The notes under the pieces: model-generated
Seen by the model: the letters and a program-made list of their open reading frames with translations, nothing else
The model's database searches: none
What the model was told of the DNA's origin: nothing
Position numbers and translations under genes: made by a program
In this document: positions 9,992 to 19,679 of the stretch, in pieces
Layout of the letters: every line of letters begins with the position of its first letter
How positions within the stretch are numbered: the stretch's first letter is position 1
DNA from: a virus
Taxonomy: Duplodnaviria; Caudoviricetes
IMG/VR virus record: IMGVR_UViG_3300037067_002514
Span: 26,044-90,043 of that record
Length of the DNA: 64,000 nucleotides
Reading direction: 5' to 3' (one strand)

Positions 9992-10718
9992 GTTCTTCCC
10001 CGTTTATCTCAAGGTTATTGTAAGCAGATATTATCTGATTTAATAAGAGGGTACTGCTGCTCTCAAACTCCTCAAATGAACTAAAGGCTAGTGTTGAATA
10101 CTTACTATCTAAATATGTTCCCTTATACACACAGTAGTTCCTAAATGTCTTTTGAAATACTTCTGAGCATTTCATATTTACAACAGAAGATATATACTGT
10201 TCCTTTAATTTTCCTATATCTTCTACCTTACCTAGTTCTACTTTCCTTTCCTCACTTCTTTTTGTCATAAAGTTAGATATTTCTTCTACTCTATTCTTTG
10301 ATGCCTCTTCAACCTTACTTTCATAGTCCTCTTGTTGTTCAAGGGTAGGATTTTCAGGTAGTTCTGGTACTTCTTTAAAAGAAAGTTTTGAAATCGCTTC
10401 ATCCCTATAATCAACTAGCTCTGATGATACTATGGACTCTATGAGTTCATCCTTAGTAAGATTATCTACATCCATAAAGTTTATATTATACTCATCACTC
10501 TCTTTATTCCTCAACTTTAACCTTAACTGCTTACTTCTCTTCAAAGAGAAATTCCTTGCATCCGAGTAATCAATATCACCAACTAGTTTAAGATATAGTT
10601 TAGCTAAAACCTTATCCCCATCCTTAATTTCAACACTTCTCTTCCACCTAAAAATATCCTTTATTAACATAACTCCACTCCTTATAAATATTAAGGGGGT
10701 AGTGTACCATAAAGGCAA
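9981..10718 (-). CDS. Tail assembly chaperone (probable start MLIKD at 10670)
   Basis: Acidic helical protein between tail tube and tape measure genes; ends in a slippery site. Confidence 0.8.
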   Translation of the reverse strand: MPLWYTTPLIFIRSGVMLIKDIFRWKRSVEIKDGDKVLAKLYLKLVGDIDYSDARNFSLKRSKQLRLKLRNKESDEYNINFMDVDNLTKDELIESIVSSELVDYRDEAISKLSFKEVPELPENPTLEQQEDYESKVEEASKNRVEEISNFMTKRSEERKVELGKVEDIGKLKEQYISSVVNMKCSEVFQKTFRNYCVYKGTYLDSKYSTLAFSSFEEFESSSTLLLNQIISAYNNLEINGEELKN

Positions 10719-10782
10719 CTACCCCCTATTGATACAATGTACCAACCTTCTGTATTAAGTTTTATACTAATTACTGGGTAAC

Positions 10783-11469
10783 TTATGCATGTGACCCAGA
10801 ATACCTTATATAATCACATAATGGTTTTAAATCTAAAATATATCCAAGATCAATACTCTTTAATCTAATTAGATTAAATCCACTTTCTTTTATAGTTGAA
10901 TCAATCCTACTATCCCTATCAGCAACCTCTGGTTTTTCATGATAATACCTACCATCAGCATAAATAACCAGATTAAGGCTGGGGATAAAGGCATCTGGAA
11001 TTGTATAACTAAACTGTTTCTGCTTTATGTATTCAAAACCATGTAACTCAAGAAATTGATATAATTGTCTTTCTAAACAAGTATATTTACCACTATTAAA
11101 ATGTTTAGCCATTGATTCTATTCTTTTTTCTTTTTCTCCTATAGACTGTATTCTACCAATATTATGATTAGTCCCGCCTTTATTAACATGCCCTGGAATA
11201 AAGTTCCTATATCTATAATGTGTATCTGGGTTCATTATAAACCCACCACAACCACATTTACAAGGTGTTTGTACAGAATAGAATGGTTCTCTAATCTTTA
11301 CGTGGGTATGATAGCATTTACTAGAACAGTATTTTTCAGCTCTTCTTGGTTTATTATATGTTGAATAGAATTCTTTACCACAATGAATACACACTCTTTT
11401 ATTCATATCTATCCTCAGTAATAGATTCTCAGATATAGTTAAAGATGGGGAATGAGTCTGAGTTCTCAC
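10783..11469 (-). mobile_element. Free-standing homing-endonuclease-like gene (Zn-finger/NUMOD-like N-terminus + DUF559/Vsr-like PD-(D/E)XK domain); probable start MNKRVC at 11406
   Basis: CIHCGKEF...YCSSKC, CKCGCG, LERQLYQFL...IPDAFIPSLNLVIYADGRYYH...RDSRID...GFNLIRL. Confidence 0.7.
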
Positions 11470-11511
11470 TTTCGGTAGCTAACCTACCCCATCTTTATAC
11501 TTATTTAAACC

Positions 11512-12687
11512 CTATGAATGATTTCCTGAATACACTACCATCGTACCTTTATCACTTGAGAAGTTAAAGGTGTAAGTAGCAGCATTACCTACAGATGAAG
11601 AGTAACCATCTGATGTTATTCTCATGTAAGGTATTTGAACCTGTTTCTTCACTGTAGTATTGTCAGCAGGGTCTTTTAACTTTATATCAAGCTGTAATGT
11701 ATTTTCTGAGAACTCATCAACCCCAAACTCTTTCTCAGTACCACCAGTAGTTGTACCCTGAGCTAATAGTGCTATAATTTCATTATCAACATCTAATACT
11801 GATATATCACCAGTAATGTTAGGATTCTCAGTAATATAACCAACTACATTTACATTACCCATTTCCTTTACAACTGTATTAGGGAATGTACCTCTTATAT
11901 TAACTGACTGTACCCTGTATAGGTTATTAGCAGATATGGTAACTGGAATATTCTTACCCCTTATAGCAGCAGGAACAGTAGAATCTGATATATTAGTCCA
12001 TGTTAGAGGATGTGCTGTATTAGTATGGTAAACAGCTATAGCTGTTGTAGAAGTAGCACCACCACTATAAGTAACAACACCAGAGGCAGTACAGCTATAA
12101 TCTGTACCCTCAGTCTTCCATACACCATCTACTATAAAGCTTAGTAGTTTATTGCCATTTTTTAGTGTTAGAGGTACTTGTGACAAAGTGAAAGCAGATG
12201 CAGCAATAGCACCACTATCAACTACTACATCATTAGCAAGATACCTTTTCTCAGAACCAGCACAAGTGTACTCTTCTGTAGATTCCCCATTTACTGAATA
12301 TGAGAATGAGAAATCAGTAACCCTCATGTACCTAGCATGTATACATTTTAAATGTTGTGTTGTACCAGCATCTTTTATGTATGCTACTAGGTCACAATAA
12401 CCCAGTAGGGAAACATCTACACCAGATGCTGGGTATGTTGTTGGTGAGTAACCAGCTAATACACCCCAGATAGACGGTGACACATCAAAAGCTTGGAATG
12501 TAGCTGATATTTCAGGAACATCAGTAACATTACCTACGTTATTAGGATTACCAAGTTCATTTATGGCTGTTACAGGAATGTTAGCTGATAAATCTAATCT
12601 CTGTATTCTATATGCCCAAAATGTAGCCTTTGCCCCAACAACCCTTAATTTAACCTCTTTATATGGGATTGCAACTTTCCTAGTCAT
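11512..12687 (-). CDS. Major tail (tube) protein with probable inserted Ig-like domain
   Basis: 391 aa, T/S/G/V-rich; upstream of chaperone and tape measure; INELGN/VKEMGN tube-type motifs. Confidence 0.75.
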   Translation of the reverse strand: MTRKVAIPYKEVKLRVVGAKATFWAYRIQRLDLSANIPVTAINELGNPNNVGNVTDVPEISATFQAFDVSPSIWGVLAGYSPTTYPASGVDVSLLGYCDLVAYIKDAGTTQHLKCIHARYMRVTDFSFSYSVNGESTEEYTCAGSEKRYLANDVVVDSGAIAASAFTLSQVPLTLKNGNKLLSFIVDGVWKTEGTDYSCTASGVVTYSGGATSTTAIAVYHTNTAHPLTWTNISDSTVPAAIRGKNIPVTISANNLYRVQSVNIRGTFPNTVVKEMGNVNVVGYITENPNITGDISVLDVDNEIIALLAQGTTTGGTEKEFGVDEFSENTLQLDIKLKDPADNTTVKKQVQIPYMRITSDGYSSSVGNAATYTFNFSSDKGTMVVYSGNHS

Positions 12688-12797
12688 TATTTCTCCACTT
12701 CCCTAGAATAATCCTGTTCATCCTATAATAACTGTTTCCTTACCCTTTATTGAACCCGATGTATATAACTCCCCTAGGGATTATTTTTATTCCCTTT

Positions 12798-13283
12798 CTA
12801 AACCGCACCTGTAGAGTATGTAATAAATGATATACTTGATCTCCAGTACTTCTTCTTCTGATATGTATTAAAATTATAAGCTTGTTTCATTATCCTATCC
12901 TGTGGAGATACATACTCTATTATTCTTAGATCAGCCCCTAAAGGGCTTTTACCCGTATCCTTATTATACCCATTAGAGTAATCCCTGATGGGTATTGCTA
13001 AATCTAAACCATTATACACTAATTCAGATATATCATCCCTTTGTGTATCAGTTAATCCGAAAACATCTATAGACCAATTCTTTTTAAACCAACTAGCACC
13101 TAATTCACCACTACCATCTGATACATAGTTTAATTCTATAGATACACAAGGTATTATCAACGATTCATTCTCTATATCATTATAAGGATAACTATCCAAT
13201 ATTCTTGATACTTTTCCATTCAGTATACCCTTTATATAAAAGTAAATAGATAAATCCTCATTCCTAAACTTTCCACTTGTCAT
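12798..13283 (-). CDS. Tail terminator/completion protein
   Basis: 161 aa directly upstream of the tube gene; WSIDVFG...RDDISELV motif typical of terminators. Confidence 0.55.
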   Translation of the reverse strand: MTSGKFRNEDLSIYFYIKGILNGKVSRILDSYPYNDIENESLIIPCVSIELNYVSDGSGELGASWFKKNWSIDVFGLTDTQRDDISELVYNGLDLAIPIRDYSNGYNKDTGKSPLGADLRIIEYVSPQDRIMKQAYNFNTYQKKKYWRSSISFITYSTGAV

Positions 13284-13284
13284 A

Positions 13285-13617
13285 TTACCTCATTAGTGCT
13301 ATAGCCACTATGGTAGCTACTAGGCTTGATACACATATGCCTGTTACTGCCCAGAATATACTCCATACGAAGTCTTTGATTTTCTTTAATTTTTCATTCT
13401 GTTCACATACAAGGCTCTTTAATTCTTCTTTAATTAAATCCCCAGACTTTAATATCTCTGTTTTTACCTCAGACCTGAACCCATTATAAAACTTAGCTAA
13501 TATCTTATCAACTGTACTTTCTATTCTATCTAATTCTTCCTTTTCTATATCTTGGTTTCCTGCAATTATTATTAGCATTTCTGCTAATTTGTAGTATGGA
13601 TTTTCTCTGTCAGTCAT
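13285..13617 (-). CDS. Coiled-coil protein with C-terminal transmembrane helix
   Basis: Hydrophobic C-terminus FVWSIFWAVTGICVSSLVATIVAIALMR. Confidence 0.55.
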   Translation of the reverse strand: MTDRENPYYKLAEMLIIIAGNQDIEKEELDRIESTVDKILAKFYNGFRSEVKTEILKSGDLIKEELKSLVCEQNEKLKKIKDFVWSIFWAVTGICVSSLVATIVAIALMR

Positions 13618-13625
13618 AACTTATC

Positions 13626-14012
13626 CTAGATCAGTATTGATAGAAATTTTGCGTCTTTTTTAACTGGATTTATACTTCTCTTAATTCCTCCCCTTATCCT
13701 CATATTATCCCCAGCAACAAGCTTATTTTCTGTACCATCAGTACATACTATCAATTCACCAGATAATACAGTTAAATACTCTTCTTTATCCCTTATATAT
13801 TCACCACTACTCTCTAGTGTTGATTTAGCTTCACAATAGGTTATTACCCAGGATGGGTCACTTGATACTAGCTTTTGGCAATCCCAACCGCCTACTTTAT
13901 ATATCCCATAAGGCACTCTGTCTGTTCCCCTAGATATATACTTATCTAGTCTATCCATAATATCAACGCTTTGCTGAACCATAATACCTCTAAAACCTAG
14001 GAATTCTACCAA
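13626..14012 (-). CDS. Cupin-fold protein (probable start MVQQSV at 13982)
   Basis: EEYLTVLSGELIV...LVAGDNMRIRGG cupin-like pattern. Confidence 0.55.
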   Translation of the reverse strand: MVEFLGFRGIMVQQSVDIMDRLDKYISRGTDRVPYGIYKVGGWDCQKLVSSDPSWVITYCEAKSTLESSGEYIRDKEEYLTVLSGELIVCTDGTENKLVAGDNMRIRGGIKRSINPVKKDAKFLSILI

Positions 14013-14856
14013 AAAACTTTCTTACTACACTTCCTTGTGATGTAACAAACCCATAACCCTGTAAACCTATTTTAGTGTTAACTGTATTTATAATAAATAC
14101 TTCTTTTCCAGATTTAGATATAAAGGTATGTCCACGATATTTAGTTTTATTATACTCTATTGTAGTAAAGTTATCCCTTAATATAGTACTTCCAGCATTA
14201 ATCTTTGCTACCATTTGACTTATACTAGTAAAACATTTATTATAAGCACTATGCATTTCTCTAGTATAGTTATCCTTAAAGTTATTTAATATCTTAAATC
14301 CGTGATTTTCAGGATAAGCCCCCATTCCTATATTTCCATTTTCTATTATAACCCAAAATGGGGCTATACCCATTAATTCCATCATATCTAGACGACTATT
14401 AACAGTATCAGCATATTTTGTGCTTTCACCTAGGTACCATGAGTTATATAATTTCTTCCAACCATCTAAGGTACCCCTAAGAGGATAGGCCTCATACTGT
14501 ATTTCTTGTAACTCTTTCCATCCACCAAGTATATCTGTGTTAATAAACATTGCTTGTACTACCCCAGAATGATTATAATAAACACCAACATGGTGAGGTC
14601 TAGACAGTGCGTCTACTAGGACTGATTTGTACCTTGGAAAGTTCTTAAACTCCCTTATAGAGTCCATAGCACTAATAAATTCATCCTGTATTTGCTTATT
14701 AAGCTCTTTAGCTGTATTTAATACAACAGAATCTACAATAGCTTTAGAATCTAAATACAATGTTGGATACATTAAGTTGTTAAATTCCGTTACCCCAAGG
14801 GAAAGAAGTATACCTTGTGGGCTAAAATTACCAATATCATGGAAGAACTCTTCCAT
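13990..14856 (-). CDS. Putative neck/tail-completion virion protein
   Basis: 288 aa in the head-tail joining region; position-based only. Confidence 0.35.
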   Translation of the reverse strand: MEEFFHDIGNFSPQGILLSLGVTEFNNLMYPTLYLDSKAIVDSVVLNTAKELNKQIQDEFISAMDSIREFKNFPRYKSVLVDALSRPHHVGVYYNHSGVVQAMFINTDILGGWKELQEIQYEAYPLRGTLDGWKKLYNSWYLGESTKYADTVNSRLDMMELMGIAPFWVIIENGNIGMGAYPENHGFKILNNFKDNYTREMHSAYNKCFTSISQMVAKINAGSTILRDNFTTIEYNKTKYRGHTFISKSGKEVFIINTVNTKIGLQGYGFVTSQGSVVRKFFGRIPRF

Positions 14857-15074
14857 TAGGTACTAGCACCCTCTATTTCAATACCAGCTAAAACTAGCAT
14901 AGCTCTAGCAAAATTATTGTAGTTGTCTAAAATAACCTTTCTAACCCTTATGTATGATTCCTTATCTTTAACTATCTCCTCTAGTTCATTAAGAGTTATA
15001 GCGCAATACCTTGCTTTCTTCTTATCTACTAACTTTACTATCTCTAGAGGTGAAAGTGCCTCAAACTTATCCAT
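14856..15074 (-). CDS. Hypothetical protein
   Basis: 72 aa, translationally coupled to its neighbours. Confidence 0.5.
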   Translation of the reverse strand: MDKFEALSPLEIVKLVDKKKARYCAITLNELEEIVKDKESYIRVRKVILDNYNNFARAMLVLAGIEIEGAST

Positions 15075-15075
15075 A

Positions 15076-16641
15076 CTACTCCTTACTACCCTCTTTAGCT
15101 ACTATTCTTAACCTATCAACATTAGGTATGCCCTTTTTGGTTATTCTTTGAGGGTATAGTATTCTATCATCTACGTGTATTTCTTTTATTATATCTAGTT
15201 GTTCCTCTGTCAAGTCATCGTTTGATATTGTTATTATACAGTCACCAGCTAATGTGCTTCCAGCAATTCCATGTTCTAAAATATCACCAGATAACCATCT
15301 TACATGAGATTTTATAGTTACTGTAGAATTACTAGAAGGAAGGTAATAAAGACCACTACAGTTATTAACTCCAAACAAATTTGCAGTATATGTATGACTT
15401 CCTTCTACCTCAATGTTATATACCTTTAATGTCCTACTTGTACTACTAACTGCCTTAACAACCATCATATAGTATCCATTGTATATACCAGAACCCCGTG
15501 AATATGTACTGTTAATCCTATACCCTACATGGTAAGACTTTAAATGATGTATACCCTTAGCATCTGTTCTGCTCTCACTAGAAAATATATATGGTTTATA
15601 ACCACATCTTACTAATAGATCAAAAAGTTGGTATGATAATATTTTTGATACTGTAGTAAATGTATATTCATTTCCATCTTTATGACCATCACCATCTACT
15701 AGAGCCTTTACTAGAACATCATTAAAGTCAGTATTAATAAATTCTTTAGGTATAATCTTATTTTCTGCTAAATTCCCACATTTTTTTAATAATAGGCATA
15801 ATTTACTTGAGTGTACCTCTAAACATATACTGTTCTCTGTTCTACTAGTTAGTCTTGAATTTGCGTTAAATAACTCTTTACATATCTTAGATATTCTATC
15901 TGCTACATCCTTTTCATCCTTGTTTAAAGCAAACTGTACTGTTCTTGGATATTCATCATTACTAACACAACCCTCAGCAATAAACCACCCAATAAGATAA
16001 ACTAAATCTTCTGTTATGGCATAAGAATATTCTTTTTCGTGGTATTTATATGGGTTACTAAAGCATATTTCACTATATTTTTTTACATCACATATAGGGT
16101 ATAACAGGGTATCTCCAACTTCTATGTCTATTGCTGCTTTATCAACTATTTTAAACCTACCATCTTTAGGTTGTCTTGAGTAATAACACCCCCTTCTTGG
16201 GGTACAGGTTGGTAAACACTGTATATTTCTGCAACTATGGGGGTATTTATACTTCTCTAGGACTTTAAAAGTATGATTACCCGTACACTCTACACCCTCT
16301 ATATTTTTGTAGGTCTCTATAGATACCATAATACCAGTATAATCTCTACTAAATGTATTAATAACTTTATACTTATTACCAGAACTAGAGTAAACAGTGT
16401 CACCAAGGATTATATCTTGTATATTTTTAAACCCTTCAGTAGTATTTACTAGTGTATCTTCCTTGAAACAGACTTCGCAGAAACTATCTAGACTTGTTTG
16501 ATTAACTTCATCAAATAAACCACCAGAAGAGCATACTGGACATACATTACCAGAACCTACTAGGATAAAGTCTACATTTCTTCCTATAGCCTCTCTTATC
16601 TCTTCCTTTATAGTTTTTGTTTCTGGAAATGTTATTGACAT
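15076..16641 (-). CDS. Putative head-closure (stopper-like) protein with 2x CxxC, interrupted by an intein (151 aa after splicing)
   Basis: Exteins join as ...CPVC...SFCEV/CSGLYY...HVRWLSG...GDCIITI...IHVDDRILY; neck-module position. Confidence 0.6.
   Translation of the reverse strand: MSITFPETKTIKEEIREAIGRNVDFILVGSGNVCPVCSSGGLFDEVNQTSLDSFCEVCFKEDTLVNTTEGFKNIQDIILGDTVYSSSGNKYKVINTFSRDYTGIMVSIETYKNIEGVECTGNHTFKVLEKYKYPHSCRNIQCLPTCTPRRGCYYSRQPKDGRFKIVDKAAIDIEVGDTLLYPICDVKKYSEICFSNPYKYHEKEYSYAITEDLVYLIGWFIAEGCVSNDEYPRTVQFALNKDEKDVADRISKICKELFNANSRLTSRTENSICLEVHSSKLCLLLKKCGNLAENKIIPKEFINTDFNDVLVKALVDGDGHKDGNEYTFTTVSKILSYQLFDLLVRCGYKPYIFSSESRTDAKGIHHLKSYHVGYRINSTYSRGSGIYNGYYMMVVKAVSSTSRTLKVYNIEVEGSHTYTANLFGVNNCSGLYYLPSSNSTVTIKSHVRWLSGDILEHGIAGSTLAGDCIITISNDDLTEEQLDIIKEIHVDDRILYPQRITKKGIPNVDRLRIVAKEGSKE
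15361..16470 (-). mobile_element. Intein with LAGLIDADG endonuclease (370 aa) in the putative head-closure protein
   Basis: Starts CFKEDTLV; block B CTGNHTF; LIGWFIAEG and LVDGDG; ends YNIEVEGSHTYTANLFGVNN/C (penultimate Asn, not His). Confidence 0.92.
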
Positions 16642-18971
16642 ACCTTCTTACTCACCCTGTTAGAATTTACCTCTTCTAGAATAATCTTATCAAATTTACC
16701 AGCCAGGTACTTCCAACTAAATCTTTCTTGCTGTACTAGATCATATGCCTTTTTACCATATTCCTTTACCTTTTCTCTATTGACATACAAGTCATCTAGT
16801 ATTCTAGCCATATCCTCTGTATCCACTACAGCACCTTCAGTATTAATCCCACCAGTTAGAACTTCCCAATCCTTTATCTTAATCAGAGGGGCAGTTCCTG
16901 TCCATATTTCCTTTAATGCACTATTATCTGCTACCACTTGTGTAATTCCACAAGCTGCACTTTCACACGGTGAAAGACCCCATCCCTCTCCAGCAGAAGC
17001 CATCACATTTACATCAGCTATGTTATATATCTTGCATAACCCATCTAAAGGTAAGCCTTTATCTGGTCTTATTATGTTCTGATCAGTATACGTTACTCTA
17101 TCTTGTATACCCCATCTTTTAGCTAGATCAACAAGATTCCACCCTAAATCATTTAGACAGTTGTGAACACATAGGAACTCTGTGTTATATGTATGAGTTG
17201 GGTCTGTCTCAAGATTATATACTATTCCAGTATATTTTTCTACACTAGTACTAATAACAGGAACATAGAAGTAGTTATCATCACTCCAGATACGAGAAAA
17301 ACTCTTTGACTTAAACCCTATATTTTCCTCTAGTATAAAGGACATTTCTCTCTTCTGTAACCCACCAGCATAAAGGGTGTACCCGTAAAATCCATCTGTG
17401 TCAGGACAAGTTTTTCTTAAGGATGCTACTATTCCTAATCTTAAAAGAACATACTTTAATTGGTAAATAAGGTTAATTGATACTGAATAATAACCAAAGC
17501 TCAAACCAGTAAAACACCCATCACCATCATATAATCCCTTAACAAAAGACCTTAATAATGAAGTATCACTATAAAGTATAAAATCTGGTATAAATTTATT
17601 ATGTGCCCCTGCCCCAAAAGTTGTTCTAAACCACTCAGAGATACTCTTTGAACAAAAAACTAAATTACCACCATTTTTACTAGTACTATACCATTTTCCT
17701 TTCTTACTAAAGTACTTATTCATAGCATAGTCAATAAAAGATATTAAATCCCTTTCCTTTATATTGAGGCTAAAAGAAATATTATTCCCACTGGAACTAC
17801 CCTCTGCAACATACAACCCGAATAACCTTGATAAATCAGCGTTAAGTGAGAGACTATTAAATTTTATGTCAGTAGATATGGGTTCTACCTTTGGCTTAGG
17901 TATTGCTACAAAGTCTGTGTCTGATAGATCAGAAGCATTTATAAACTCTGTTTTATACCTCTCATAAAACCTTTTACCACAATTTGTAGTAATAATCCCA
18001 GATTTAAGAGTTTTAAACCTTGCCTTACAAGCTTTGGAACAAATAGTCTTTTTACCATTATAGCATTTCTTACCTTTTACACCTAATACTGGATGTTCTG
18101 GGGTAACTAAAATATCTTCTGAACCTTGACATTTTAGCCTTATTACGTCACCTGTGTACGGTCTACTAATAGTATCAATAACATTACTAGCATTACCACT
18201 GGAGTCTAAAACTTTATCCCCTATAATAACATCCTGTATGCTCTTGGGAATCCCATTAGATGTTACCACTTTAGTACCTGGAATAAAACAAGTATGTAGG
18301 TATACCTGTATATTGTTCCTATCAGCACTGGGCTTACTATTCAACCATGTAGCACAACCTTTTAAAAACAAGTCAAGTCTCTTTCTAGGCTGGTTCCTGT
18401 TTAAGTTCATCACTACAAATGCTTCACTAGGTATGCCATTTATAAATTTCCTAGCATCTAGCATAGGATAAAAAGAATCAGTATCAACCCCATGACCTAT
18501 AATATCAACCTTATCTACCTCTTGAGTGGCTAGTATTCCATCCCTAGCATAAGTAGTATAAGTAACCATTCTAGTACCAGAATCGTTTATTATCTTAACC
18601 CATTGTGGTGCTACTGGAAGAGCGTCAACTGGTGAGTAAGAGATCACTCTATTTCCCTCTGGAATTTGCTTTACTATTTCAGATACAATCCATAGATCAT
18701 TATTTATAACTATAATATCAGGTTTCTCTTTTGATATGACTTCAGCTACACGGTCTATACCAAATACATTACCCCTTGCTTTAGCTGGGTATATTCTGAA
18801 TATACCTTCATAACAATGAGGGTCTCCTATTTGTTGATTAACACCTAGTACTGATATATCATATCTACCTAAAGAATATAAATTCTCTAGTATAGCTTGA
18901 GAAACTCTTCCGAACCCTGTACTAGCTGCTGGACTATCACCACACCATAATAACTTAATCTTACCTTCCAT
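16632..18971 (-). CDS. GT-B (family 4-like) glycosyltransferase with intein (402 aa spliced)
   Basis: LLWCGDSP..STGFGRV, NRNQPRKRLD, ASAGEGWGLSPCESAACG. Confidence 0.85.
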   Translation of the reverse strand: MEGKIKLLWCGDSPAASTGFGRVSQAILENLYSLGRYDISVLGVNQQIGDPHCYEGIFRIYPAKARGNVFGIDRVAEVISKEKPDIIVINNDLWIVSEIVKQIPEGNRVISYSPVDALPVAPQWVKIINDSGTRMVTYTTYARDGILATQEVDKVDIIGHGVDTDSFYPMLDARKFINGIPSEAFVVMNLNRNQPRKRLDLFLKGCATWLNSKPSADRNNIQVYLHTCFIPGTKVVTSNGIPKSIQDVIIGDKVLDSSGNASNVIDTISRPYTGDVIRLKCQGSEDILVTPEHPVLGVKGKKCYNGKKTICSKACKARFKTLKSGIITTNCGKRFYERYKTEFINASDLSDTDFVAIPKPKVEPISTDIKFNSLSLNADLSRLFGLYVAEGSSSGNNISFSLNIKERDLISFIDYAMNKYFSKKGKWYSTSKNGGNLVFCSKSISEWFRTTFGAGAHNKFIPDFILYSDTSLLRSFVKGLYDGDGCFTGLSFGYYSVSINLIYQLKYVLLRLGIVASLRKTCPDTDGFYGYTLYAGGLQKREMSFILEENIGFKSKSFSRIWSDDNYFYVPVISTSVEKYTGIVYNLETDPTHTYNTEFLCVHNCLNDLGWNLVDLAKRWGIQDRVTYTDQNIIRPDKGLPLDGLCKIYNIADVNVMASAGEGWGLSPCESAACGITQVVADNSALKEIWTGTAPLIKIKDWEVLTGGINTEGAVVDTEDMARILDDLYVNREKVKEYGKKAYDLVQQERFSWKYLAGKFDKIILEEVNSNRVSKKVCQ
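17160..18290 (-). mobile_element. Intein with LAGLIDADG endonuclease (377 aa) in glycosyltransferase
   Basis: YLHT/CFIPGTKV...VTPEHPV...LFGLYVAEG...LYDGDG...YNLETDPTHTYNTEFLCVHN/C. Confidence 0.93.
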
Positions 18972-18980
18972 TCCTCTCCT

Positions 18981-19661
18981 TTACCAGACTTTAATCTTGT
19001 TTTTGACAATTCTAGGTATAGTAAATACCTCGTCAGCACTATTAACAACTATTATGGCATACCCTATAGTTCCATGAAAGTCCATTGGTACAGTTGAAAA
19101 GCAACTCTTAAACTTACTAGGGTTACTATAGTTATATTGATATCTTAGTGGGGTATGTAAATGACCAGAATAAAATGCCCTTACTTTATCAGTAAGAAAC
19201 TCATTAGCAACACCAGATGGGAATACCTCAAATGGGTGATGGGAAAATACTATATGATAGTCCTGACCAGATAAGCTTTTCATAAGCCAATCATACTGTT
19301 CTGTATCATTTTTTAAAGAACTATACCACCCTTCTGCGTGTCTATGACCTATATATGATGTATCAAGAAAATCAAGGGTATAACCATTAATACTTAAATT
19401 TTTAAACCTTGAACCAAAGTCATCAACACTATATTTACCAAAATCACCAGGCATAACAATAACCCTGTGATTTATTTTACTAATTGATTCCTTTGCAATG
19501 TTAAATGATTCTTCTGAATCATCATGGGTAATGTCACCAGTTATAACAACTACATCAACCTTTTCATGATTAATATTGTCTATCATTGGTTCCAGTATAT
19601 TCTCAAAAGGTCTAATATGTAAATCTGATAACTGTAGTGCTACAAGTTTTAATTTATCCAT
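18981..19661 (-). CDS. Calcineurin-like metallophosphoesterase (GNH motif altered to GDF)
   Basis: QLSDLH, TGDITHD, MPGDFG, FSHHP, SGHLH. Confidence 0.75.
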   Translation of the reverse strand: MDKLKLVALQLSDLHIRPFENILEPMIDNINHEKVDVVVITGDITHDDSEESFNIAKESISKINHRVIVMPGDFGKYSVDDFGSRFKNLSINGYTLDFLDTSYIGHRHAEGWYSSLKNDTEQYDWLMKSLSGQDYHIVFSHHPFEVFPSGVANEFLTDKVRAFYSGHLHTPLRYQYNYSNPSKFKSCFSTVPMDFHGTIGYAIIVVNSADEVFTIPRIVKNKIKVW

Positions 19662-19679
19662 TCCTCTCCTATTTATATA

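Noticed and set aside
11440-11497. Hammerhead ribozyme or group I intron around the endonuclease gene
   Set aside because: GAAA is present but there is no CUGAUGA core; both flanking genes look complete and no intron core elements were recognised
11512-14856. Contractile tail sheath or baseplate wedge genes
   Set aside because: No sheath-sized gene lies before the tube and no baseplate J-like gene is seen; the layout fits a non-contractile tail
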